From Laetmonice hystrix (lineage: Eukaryota), in the NCBI GenBank assembly GCA_965235115.1, contig OZ249436.1:5148001-5212000 (forward strand): DNA of 64,000 nucleotides, written 5' to 3'. Position 1 is the first letter of the stretch, and every line of letters begins with the position of its first letter. Position numbers and translations under genes: made by a program. Shown here piece by piece: positions 1 to 12,200 of this stretch. The notes beneath the pieces are model-generated. The model had not been told where the DNA came from and searched no databases. It saw only the letters and a program-made list of their open reading frames with translations.

Positions 1-229
1 TCATGCTGCACAAAACAGACAGATACACTTTTACAACGTTCGAAACGAATTGCCAGGAAAATGGAAAGTAGGAGATCGGTCGAATTGACTCATGGATTGT
101 GAGGCAGGGATAGACGAACATCTATACACACTGACGGACTGCAGAAGGTGTGATACCACAGACACAGGTGTAGTAAGAGTGGGAGTTTAAAGGCACTACA
201 ACTAGGACTAAGACACCACGGCAACCTAC

Positions 230-3200
230 CAAAACTCACCATCGTCCTCTACAACCAGTTCCATCTTCTTCCTGTCTTCCTCGGAGACAGATTTCCATTC
301 ATCGGACCTGCGTTACATCATTATTGTTATGTTTTTATTACAAACCATGATTGCATGGCAAAACAGTCGTTTTAATTTCTTTTAATTTACCCATTGCTCA
401 ATGGGTCATAATATTGTTCTTAAAATATATCATGTTTTTTTGCCTGTGCACATTTTGTCTATGTAAAGGTCTATATACAGCTAGTGTATGACAGACAGGA
501 TTTTAAAGATTGTGTAGGATGGGAGTGGGGGTGGGGGTGGAGGGGGAGAGGGGTAAAAGGCCACAGGCCTTCGATTCATGCTATTCAGTACATCATCCAG
601 GTTTTAGTCCCCTCCCTAGATCCATCATTTCTATAATTATAAGGTTATGCCATCTGATCGGCGTCCTCTCACTCACTCATCACTCCAAGGTCCCGTCCAC
701 TCCGATTTCCCCCATGGATTTCGTAATCGAATCAACTTCACCGACCAACCCTGGATCCGTTGCTGGAAGGCAAGGAAAGGGCTTGCTGAACTGCATCGCA
801 AGATGATTCCAATTGAATAGATAATTGAACGAATTTCATGATGGATTAGAGCAACGATCTCGTCGTGTTGTGAAGAAGGACAATACTCACCTGCATGACA
901 GCGGTGACACTATAGGCATGCCCCTTGTACAGTCCGTTCAATTGACTTACTTGCATGACAGCGGTGACACTATAGGCATGCCCCTTGTACAGTACGTTCA
1001 ATTGACTTACTTGCATGACAGCGGTGACACTATAGGCATGCCCCATGTACAGTACGTTCAATTGACTTACTTGCATGACAGCGGTGACACTATAGGCATG
1101 CCCCTTGTACAGTCCGTTCAATTGACTTACTTGCATGACAGCGGTGACACTATAGGCATGCTCCTTGTACAGCCCGTTCAATTGACTTACTTACATGACA
1201 GCGGTGACACTATAGGCATGCTCCTTGTACAGTCCGTTCAATTGACTTACTTGCATGACAGCGGTGACACTATAGGCATGCCCCTTGTACAGTCCGTTCA
1301 ATTGACTTACTTGCATGACAGCGGTGACACTATAGGCATGCCCCTTGTACAGTCCGTTCAATGGACTTACTTGCATGACAGCGGTGACACTATAGGCATG
1401 CCCCTTGTACAGTCCGTTCAACTGACTTACTTGCATGACAGCGGTGACACTATAGGCATGCCCCTTGTACAGTCCGTTCAATTGACTTACTTGCATGACA
1501 GCGGTGACACTATAGGCATGCCCCTTGTACAGTCCGTTCAACTGACTTACTTGCATGACAGCGGTGACACTATAGGCATGCCCCTTGTACAGTCCGTTCA
1601 ATTGACTTACTTGCATGACAGCGGTGACACTATAGGCATGCCCCTTGTACAGTCCGTTCAACTGACTTACTTGCATGACAGCGGTGACACTATAGGCATG
1701 CCCCTTGTACAGTCCGTTCAATTGACTTACTTGCATGACAGCGGTGACACTATAGGCATGCCCCTTGTACAGTCCGTTCAATTGACTTACTTGCATGACA
1801 GCGGTGACACTATAGGCATGCTCCTTGTACAGCCCGTTCAATTGACTTACTTACATGACAGCGGTGACACTATAGGCATGCTCCTTGTACAGTCCGTTCA
1901 ATTGACTTACTTGCATGACAGCGGTGACACTATAGGCATGCCCCTTGTACAGTCCGTTCAATTGACTTACTTGCATGACAGCGGTGACACTATAGGCATG
2001 CCCCTTGTACAGTCCGTTCAATGGACTTACTTGCATGACAGCGGTGACACTATAGGCATGCCCCTTGTACAGTCCGTTCAACTGACTTACTTGCATGACA
2101 GCGGTGACACTATAGGCATGCCCCTTGTACAGTCCGTTCAATTGACTTACTTGCATGACAGCGGTGACACTATAGGCATGCCCCTTGTACAGTCCGTTCA
2201 ACTGACTTACTTGCATGACAGCGGTGACACTATAGGCATGCCCCTTGTACAGTCCGTTCAACTGACTTACTTGCATGACAGCGGTGACACTATAGGCATG
2301 CCCCTTGTAAAGTCCGTTCAATCGACTTACTTGCATGACAGCGGTGACACTATAGGCATGCCCCTTGTACAGTCCGTTCAATTGACTTACTTGCATGACA
2401 GCGGTGACACTATAGGCATGCCCCTTGTACAGTCCGTTCAACTGACTTACTTGCATGACAGCGGTGACACTATAGGCATGCCCCTTGTACAGTCCGTTCA
2501 ATTGACTTACTTGCATGACAGCGGTGACACTATAGGCATGCCCCTTGTACAGTCCGTTCCATACTCTTTCCTCCTGCGTTTCACCGGTATCATTCTGGAA
2601 AAATGCCATGCAATTTTATCTATATTCCTATCTGTGATCTGTGGGAACCCCATCGACACTAAAGAAGAGGCAGTATATCTATATAGTCTATATGTTCCAT
2701 ATATCTACATGTTCGCTCTAAGAAGAGCTCGACCCCGGCCTCATTAAAGCTAATAATTCATTCGGGGTAATACAGAACCACATGGAATTTGGCCATAATC
2801 TTGAATGACAGGCGGTGATGACTTGTGATACGCCAGCTGTGGGTAGACGGGAGGAGGGGGGCAGGTCAGAGCTTTAATGAGGCCGAGGTCGAGCTCCTCG
2901 TAGAGCGAACAGACTATAGTTAGGCCATAGGATCATTCTCTAGTGGATTTGTTTAATTTTTTTTATTAGGGATGCTAAGGGAATCTGTTAATCTACAATG
3001 TGATTAATGACTTTATTCCCGTGTGTATACTTCTAGTTTTGCTCAATGGTTTGGTATAGTTTACTGATACCACCGTACTCGGATGGAGGCCCCCATCAAG
3101 GAGCCAGCGTTGGTATATACAATGTAGTTGGTATATGGATGGTTCACTGATATCACCGTACTCGGATGGAGGCCCCCATCAAGGAACCAGCGTTGTAAGA

Positions 3201-6200
3201 CTGGAGAACGATATCAAACAGGTCGTCGGGTAGGTCGTCCTCCCGCCGTAGGTTAAAACACTCGGACAATCCACCCGTCAGGTCGACCAGGGCGTCACGG
3301 ATGTGTCCGCTCGAGATCATACCGTAACTACCGTGCAGCCTGCAGTATACAGGAAAGTAAACTTCAAACGAAGGTCCGTGCAGCCTGCAGTATACAGGAA
3401 AGTAAACTTCAAACGAAGGTCCGTGCAGCCTGCAGTATACAGGAAGGAAAACTTCAAACGAAGGTCCGTGCAGCCTGCAGTATACAGGAAGGTAAACTTC
3501 AAACGAAGGTCCGTGCAGCCTGCAGTATACAGGAAGGTAAACTTCAAACGAAGGTCCGTGCAGCCTGCAGTATACAGGAAGGTAAACTTCAAACGGAGGC
3601 CCGTGCAGCCTGCAGTATACAGGAAGGTAAACCAACGAAGGTCCGTGCAGCCTGCAGTATACAGGAAGGAAAACAAACGAAGGTCCGTGCAGCCTGGAGT
3701 ATACAGGAAGGAAATCAAACGAAGGTCCGTGCAGCCTGCAGTATACAGGAAGGAAAACTTCAAACGAAGGTCCGTGCAGCCTGGAGTATACAGGAAGGAA
3801 AACAAACGAAGGTACGTGCAGCCTGCAGTATACAGGAAGGAAAACAAACGAAGGTCCGTGCAGCCTGCAGTATACAGGAAGGAAAACTTCAAACAAAGGT
3901 CCGTGCAGCCTGCAGTATACAGGAAAGTAAACTTTAAACGAAGGTCCGTGCAGCCTGCAGTATACAGGAAGGTAAACTTCAAACGAAGGTCCGTGTAGCC
4001 TGGAGTATACAGGAAAGTAAACTTCAAACAAAGGTCCGTGCAGCCTGCAGTATACAGGAAAGTCAACTTCAAACGGAGGCCCGTGCAGCCTGCAGTATAC
4101 AGGAAAGTAAACTTCAAACGAAGGTCCGTGCAGCCTGCAGTATACAGGAAAGTAAACTTCAAACAAAGGTCCGTGCAGCCTGCAGTATACAGGAAGGAAA
4201 ACTTCAAACAAAGGTCCGTGCAGCCTGCAGTATACAGGAAGGAAAACTTCAAACAAAGGTCCGTGCAGCCTGCAGTATACAGGAAAGTCAACTTCAAACG
4301 AAGGTCCGTGCAGCCTGCAGTATACAGGAAGGAAAACTTCAAACAAAGGTCCGTGCAGCCTGCAGTATACAGGAAGGAAAACTTCAAACAAAGGTCCGTG
4401 CAGCCTGCAGTATACAGGAAGGTAAACTTCAAACAAAGGTCCGTGCAGCCTGCAGTATACAGGAAGGTAAACTTCAAACGGAGGTCCGTGCAGCCTGCAG
4501 TATACAGGAAGGAAAACTTCAAACAAAGGTCCGTGCAGCCTGGAGTATACAGGAAGGTAAACAAACGAAGGTCCGTGCAGCCTGCAGTATACAGGAAGGA
4601 AAACTTCAAACAGAGGAGACCTGCCATGTCGGCATGGTTACAGGAACGTATCATTGGTGCCCGTTTCTTTCCTTGTTCTTAGAGCTTTCTGAGGAAGTCT
4701 CCCAGATTTACACTTTGTTAAGGAAATAATTTGGAGGCTCAGCATGGTCAATTCAGAAAGTTCTATCGGGGAAAAAGAAACATTGGTTGGCAAGGGGCGG
4801 GGGGGGGGGTTAAACCCCTCACCCCCAACACTGTGAGACCATGTCAGGATTTACATTATGTACAGATAGATCTGAAGCACGCTGCGGCCAGTGTCAACTT
4901 AAACCTACTGTGTTGACGCTGATTCAACGAGCGAGTAAAGCTATATTTAGGCCTAATTGTAATCAGTGACATCATTTTGAACCAATCACAGATAGGCACT
5001 GGAACCAATCAGGCCGCAGCGTGAATGAAAGCAGATAGCTGATTGGTTGCTACAAGTGCGGAGTGTGGGCGGGTCGGACAAGTCGGCCATGACGAACATT
5101 CGTCCCACATACGAGTTTACATATCCCTTTAACGCTGGACCAGCGCCTACACCATGGAGTGAGGTGCTGGGCACAGCGTGGATCTGTAGACTTGGGCATG
5201 GACTGACTTGCAATGAAAGTTTGATTATTATACGGTAGCCTACTTGGCGTACGCCTTCTCAAGGAGAGGTGCCCAGAACTCGTTCGGCTGACTCCGGTTC
5301 TGGACAAAGCGCAGCTCGCCGTCCTCATCGACAGGAAGTCTGTCGTCGACCACCACTTCCTCCCATCGTCCGTACCGCCAAATGTTGAACCGGAATGCTC
5401 CTGTATCAAACAACAACCAATCAATCATGTTCGTTATCTGTGGAAAAGCAAAGGCGGTGTCGAGACCAGTTTGATTTCCTAGAAACTCAGACGCTCTCTT
5501 TCCGTAAACAACTTTTGTTCATGCAAGGCCAAAGAAAATGTTTATGTAGGCATGGGTGGCACACCTGGCAAGACTGGGGGGCACACATAAGCCCCGTTTA
5601 CATTACCAAAAAAATAAGGGTGCTCGGTCCGGACCGAGAACGGTAGGCCCCCTACCCCTAAAAAAGTTTGTGTTACATTATCACAAGGTGAGAAATTAAA
5701 CCTTAACTAGGCCAATACATGCATTTTAAACAATGTGCAACATCAATCATACGTAAAGTAGGCTAATAATATAGTGAATATGAACATTTTGAATATGCGT
5801 CTATTCTAATTTAACATACAAGGTAAACGACGTATAGGACTACATGTATATGCGATGTGGAATTGTTAAATTTAATTTTCATGAAGCGTTACGACTGTAG
5901 AGGCCTACCTATGTACTCTGATATGAAGTTCTGCTGAAGTGGCACCACCTGTCGGAATAGTTCGGGTTTGGTGGCCAGGACTGCCGCTGACGCCAAGAAC
6001 CAACAGTCCCCTGAATGATTAAAACAGTATCACCAACTGTGAGATACTATATCAACTGTGATATACACTGTAAAAAAATTCTCAGTAAATTTACGGTAAC
6101 AAGCCTGTGCAGCAATGTTGCCAGCCGAATACTGTAAATTTACATCATACCGTAAAAAAATATCTACCGTCATTTTACGGTGTGAAAATTACGGTGGCCT

Positions 6201-9200
6201 GCCGTAAAAAAATAGTACCGGAATTCCACCGTAATGCCACAGTCATATTCACACCGTAAAATGACGGTAGATATATTTTTACGGTGTACTGTAAATATAC
6301 GGTATTCGGCTGGCAACATTGCTGCACAGTCTCTTTACTGTAAATTTACGTACAGGGTTTCTACCGTAAGGCCTAAACATTTCAACGACCTTCTTTATAC
6401 CGTAGGATTCCATTTATTGTACCGTAAGACAAGAGATTCCTCTACCAGATTTCTACTGTAATTTTACGTGGTAAGCAGTAACTGCATAATGTTACGGTAT
6501 TTTACTGTATATATTAATACAGTTGGTAATCTTGGCAGGGGGCTTCAAACTTTTCATTTGCAAGCTTCGTACTGCTTTCGATGCCATACTCTAACAGGAA
6601 GCACAGTGGTGTCCAAAACAGAATACTTCTTTCTCTGAAAACACTTTAATCAATTACATGATGTAACAGGTGTTACAGGTACAACATGTATAGCTTTCAA
6701 AGTTTAATCCATAAAGGCACAAAAAGGTCTTTCATGATACAAATGCATGACCATGCAATTGGCTTGCTTTGCTAATCACAAAACGTCAAGGCCATTGCTA
6801 AAATTGTTATGCCAAAACAATAAACTTCAACCTCCGGTACATGTGTTACTGGCAATAGTTTTCAAAGTCTGCCTATAAAGGCAAGATAGATCCATAAAGC
6901 CACAAAACAATACAGATAAACGAAAACGAATAATGTCTTAATACAATGTCATGTGTGAATACTGTGTTACTCGTGGGTCATTCCATGTCAAATCGACCAA
7001 TTTTGGAAAATCTTCCCGGGGGACCATCTTCGATTTTTTTCAAATTTGGCATGCAGTTAGACCTGTGTATTTTCAGTACAATCCTAAAATTTTGCTCCAA
7101 AATACCCAACGGTCTCCGAGTTACACCCCGATAAGCGAGGGTGGGGGTACCCCTGAACAAAGCACGTTTAATTCTGAGCCATTTTTAGAGGGCTACCATT
7201 CAGAAACTGTAAGAGCTGGCAACTTGTATTTTTCCCCACTGAAACTTCAATATGTAGAGACCAGGAAAAAGCAATAACATTTTATTTCTTTGCTTATTCC
7301 TTGGAGCACCATGCCCCCCAAAATGGAAAAAAACACATCAGAGAAAAAAAAATTCAATATTCAAACATTTTTCATGCGAAGGTTATTTCTTGTAACTTCT
7401 TGATCTTTGGGGATTTGATTTATGGCTATATGAGGTGCATGCAAACACCAAAATAATCTTCCAAAAATAGACACAGGTGGCGCCACTAGTGGCCAAAGTT
7501 GGCCGATCGCTAAATATGACCCATTTTGAGAGGCCATTTTACCTATGTTGCCAAGGTGGAAGAGCGTTGGGATATTTTTTCTTTGATAGTGCACATTTTT
7601 GCCATTAAAGAAAACTAAGTCCCTAATCCCTTCCATACTTCCTTCCCTGGCAAATAATTTTTCAAATAATATCCATTTTAGTAAAGTTCACGCTGTGACG
7701 GGATATGAGGTACGTTGTTTTTATATCATAAAATTTTTATTATTTGCCAAAGAATTCTTGAAAGTGGTAAATATCCCAAACTGTTGGTCTTTTGTAGATT
7801 TTTGTCTTTAAATTAATTAGTTAATTAATTAATTATAAATAAATTTATAAATTTATTTTAATTAATTAATTTAATTAATTAATTAAATTATTGATTTAAT
7901 AACTTAAAATCATAAAATATAATAATATAAAATAAAATATAAAAATAAATTATAAATTTATTTATAATTAATTAATTACTTTAATAATTAATTTAAATAC
8001 AAAAATCTTCAAAAGACCAACAGTTTAAGCTATTTACCACTTTCAAGAATTCTGTGGCAAATAATAAAAATTTTATGATATAAAAACAATGTACCTCGTA
8101 TCTCGTCACAGCGTGAACTTTACTAAAATGGATATTATTTGAAAAAATATTTGACAGGGAAGGAAGTATGGAAGGGATTAGGGACTTAGTTTTCTTTAAT
8201 GTCAAAAATGTGCTTTATCAAGGAAAAAATATCACAATGCTCTTCCACCTTGGCAACATAGGCAAAATGGCCCCTCAAAATGGGTCATATTTAGCGATCG
8301 GCCAACTTTGGCCACTAGTGGCGCCACCTGTGTCTATTTTTAGAAGATTGTTTTGGTGTTTGCATGCACCTCATATACCCATAAATCAAATCCCCAAAGA
8401 TCAAGAAGTTACAAGAAGGAACTTTTGCATGAAAAATGTTTGAATATTGAATTTGTTTTTCTCCGATGTGTTTTTTTCTATTTTGGGGGGCATGGTGCTC
8501 CAAGGAATAAGCAAAGAAATAAAATGTTATTACTTTTTCCTTGTCTCTACATATTAAAGTTTCAGTGGGCAAAAATACAAGTTGCCAGCTCTTATAATTT
8601 CTGAATGGTAGCCCTCTAAAAACGGCTCAGAAAAAGAAACGTTTTTTTCAGGGGTACCCCCACCCAAACTCATGGGGGTATAACATGGGAACCGTTGGGA
8701 ATTTGGAAGAAAAATTTCAGAAATGTACTTCAGATATATAGATCTAACTACATGCCAAATAAGAAAAAAATTGGAGATGGTCACCCGGGAGCCACTGGTC
8801 GATTTGACATGGAATGACCCTCGTAATACTTTTAAAGTTTGATCCCTTTTAAGGCACAAAAAGGTCTTCCATGATTCGAATGAATATTCATTTTGGCATA
8901 ATTAGCTTCGTTGCTATTAAATGCTAAGGTGGTTGCTAAAGTAATTAATAAGAAAACCATGAACTCAAACTGTAGTACGGGCAATAGTTATCAAAGTTTG
9001 ATCCATAAAAGGCACAAAAAGGTCTTCCATGATACATATGCATGAACATGTAATTTGCTTCATTAATAACAAAACGCAAAGGTGGTTGCGTAATTTACCA
9101 GTACATATGTTACTAGAAATACATGTAAAAATGCTGACAAATGCAGAATTTTCCTCATCCGCCACGTACTTATCAATAAACCATTGGAAGTCCACCCATG

Positions 9201-12200
9201 TAACTATACGTCAAGATTTTTAAATATCAGATCTCTGCTTAAAGTTAAACGTTCTGTATGTCAGTTTTAAATACAATCCAATACGGTATACAATAGTACT
9301 TCACCCACTGGTGTACTACCCACTGGTGCTACGTACTAAGTCCACTCTTCATTTGGAATCTGTAAATACACAAATTCAAAAACAACGATGAACCATTTAA
9401 GACGAAGTTAATGGACAGAATCATGGCGTTTCAGTGTTTGGGTTCAGTTAACCTATTAGTTATCAGAAACAAAATGCTGTCTAATCTAAAAAGATACATT
9501 TTTCATGCTTTGTTCTGAAAGCTAAATAAATAAATTCCTTTGAAGTATACATGTATACTCATAAGCTTACCACATATTTGGGAGCCACTGCTGGTTGGAA
9601 ACTTCATTGATCAGCTTCAAGACCTTTGGGTTGACGGTGTAGGGTTTCTTTCTCCTTTCCACCCTTAAACCCTTTTCTGGGTTAATACCCACAAGGCACC
9701 TGTAATCACATCTCATACATTAGTCAAATGGCACCTGGGAAAAAATTCTTTTTGATTATATTGTTTTGTTACCTTTAAATGAAGTTACTTCAGAAAAAGA
9801 CAAACATAGAAAAAAAAAATCAAAAATACCTTTGGATAAATTCTAGGGTTGCGGCCACTTTGGGGCTGTAGTGGAAATTGAATACGTAAAATGCCCCAAA
9901 CACCATACAAATGGCTTTGGTGAGATCAGTCAGTCTTGTAACTGGCCTGCCCTCAATCACAACGACATACGTGCAATCTAGTGGGTTTCCTGTAAAGAGA
10001 GAAGTAACCTTCATTGTACAAAAGATGTATACTTTCTTCCACGTCAATGCACATTTGACAGAAACCATTAATATGTTTAAATAGTCACGTGTACAATGTA
10101 AGTTATCAAGTCATTATTTTAAAGTCTGGCATTTATAAACACATACCGAGTGCAAGAAGGAAGGGCGTTTTGGGAATTAGTTCATCTTTGAGAACTTCTT
10201 GAACCTTGGCGGAGGCCTTAAAATCGAAGTATGAATGAATAATTTCAAAAACATACAAAAACATAAAAGAAATAACAATAATATAACATTATTACAATAT
10301 ATTTGCTCTACAGCATTTAACCATTACTTGTTTAACTTTCGAGGTAAATGGCCAAGAAGCCCTTTTTAATGAAGGTTTACTGTATGCAATTAACAAGAGT
10401 ACCAATTGATATAAAATAACAAAACTGAGATAATCAACTGAATGTTGGAATATAAAGAAATTGAATAATGTAACATATTGAATCAACATTGGCAAGCTTA
10501 ACAATAAAGTCAAACTGAACAATAAAAGCAGTGTAGGTAAATGGGGTTCAACCAAAACAACAAAGATTATCTCCCTGACCCCCCCCCCCCCCCCCCCCCC
10601 CCACAGATCTTTTGACACTGCAATTCAAAACTAGATCTATAGTTAACGTAACAGTCTAGCCTCCCCGCCCCCCCCCCCCCCCCCTAGTCATGAGTAGGCT
10701 AACCAAGGCATGGGGCCGCACAGCCCCCCCCCCCCCCCAATACTAAGACCTGATTGATATTAGGCCTAGGCCTATAGACATCACATAGTACTATACAGGG
10801 GTGTAGGAAAAGGGGCGGCCAGGGGGGCCATATCCCCCACTTTGAAATGTGAGGGTGGGGCCAGCAGGGGTGTAGGCAGAACTGAGAATATAAGGGGGGG
10901 GGGTTCCAACTGAGATGGGGGGGATCCCAACCATAATATTAGTTATTCATTTAGACAGATCTATTTATTTGGTTATTAAATATTATTATCTATTAGAGTC
11001 TAATCTTTTTAGGGGGAGGGGGGTTCCAGGCAACCGGAAACCCCCGAGATGGGGGGTGGGGGGATCCCACCCATAATATTAGTCATTCATTTAGATCTAT
11101 TTCAGTATTTGGTTATTATCTATTAGAGTCTAATCTTTTTTTTTTTGGGGGGGGGGGGGGGGGATTCGAGGGGGGTTCCAGGCAACCCGGAAACCCCCCT
11201 GGCTACATCCTTGGCCAGAGCATCTTTTGCTCCCTCCCCTTTTTAATCATATAGGCTACCTTAGGCTGATGGACTCATTTGCCTCCCCCCCCCCCCCCCA
11301 TCCCCACCCCACACAGACACTTTTCATGGCCCTCCCTAGTCCCTACGCCCCTGCACTGCTGCAGTAACGGCACTAAATTTTCTAAAAGTTAAAACGATGG
11401 CAGGTATACTCCACATCGTCTACACAAAATAGCCAAGCCAAGCCCCTGAAGTTTCAGCAGGTTGTAGATCTATTAGGTACCCTAATGTTATATAGCCTTA
11501 TAATAGTGGCTTATAGGCCTAACGTTAACGTTCCTCGTTAGCCTACATTCGTTGTGAGTCTGGAACGTACGCAGGCTAGTCTAACGTTAGCCTAGGCCTA
11601 CGTGTTACCAGCCGCTGGTCTAGACACGCGACAGGTTTACCCATCCAGGGCCGGAGCCGGGGGGCACCCCCCCCCCCCCCCTTAGAAAACACAATTAAAT
11701 CTAACTTAAACTTACCACACAATGTCACCGTCGTCCATCTTGCTTCAGTGTGTGCTTGCCTTCGGCTTCACGTCGACTCCAATATGGCCGTTTGAGCGGG
11801 AACTACACTTGTGACGTCACATAAACCCGGATGTAGGCAACGGGGGTCAGTAAAATTACGGTAGAAAATCAGTTGTGACGTCATCGATATCGGCGCTAGC
11901 TAAGACCAAAAAGAAGCGTTTCCTTCCGAAAGATGGCGCTTCACACACCAATGTGACACGCAGCACAGCTGGCATTCTATGAGTATGAAAATGGGGAAAA
12001 GGGGGACATCATGCCCAGCTATGTATAGGCCTATGTATGGCAGCCTAGCCTAGGCTAAGGCCAACTTGGGAGCTCGGCTAGATAGGTCTAGAGGCTGAGC
12101 TAGCTGCGGGCTATCAAAGCCAGGCCAAAGAACTTGGCTATGGGGGGGGGGGGGGGGGCTAGGCCTACTAATCTACGGTAGGTACCTGTAGGCCTATAGT

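Noticed and set aside
903..915. GGTGACACTATAG in each unit matches the 3' part of the SP6 phage promoter
   Set aside because: It is the antisense of the calpain AYSVT codons and lacks the upstream ATTTA; coincidence, not vector.
885..2558. CRISPR-like appearance of this and the other regular arrays
   Set aside because: Units are head-to-tail with no unique spacers, there are no cas genes, and the context is spliceosomal introns.
825..2747. 640-aa plus-strand ORF
   Set aside because: Antisense reading of the 60-bp array; it is open only because the unit is a stop-free multiple of 3.
3303..4682. ORFs 3303-3998, 3317-4654 and 4038-4682
   Set aside because: Alternative frames of the 45/42-bp array.
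7361..8443. Paired similar ORFs on opposite strands ([10 protein letters not shown]...)
   Set aside because: Mirror images from the foldback arms; no recognisable protein motif.
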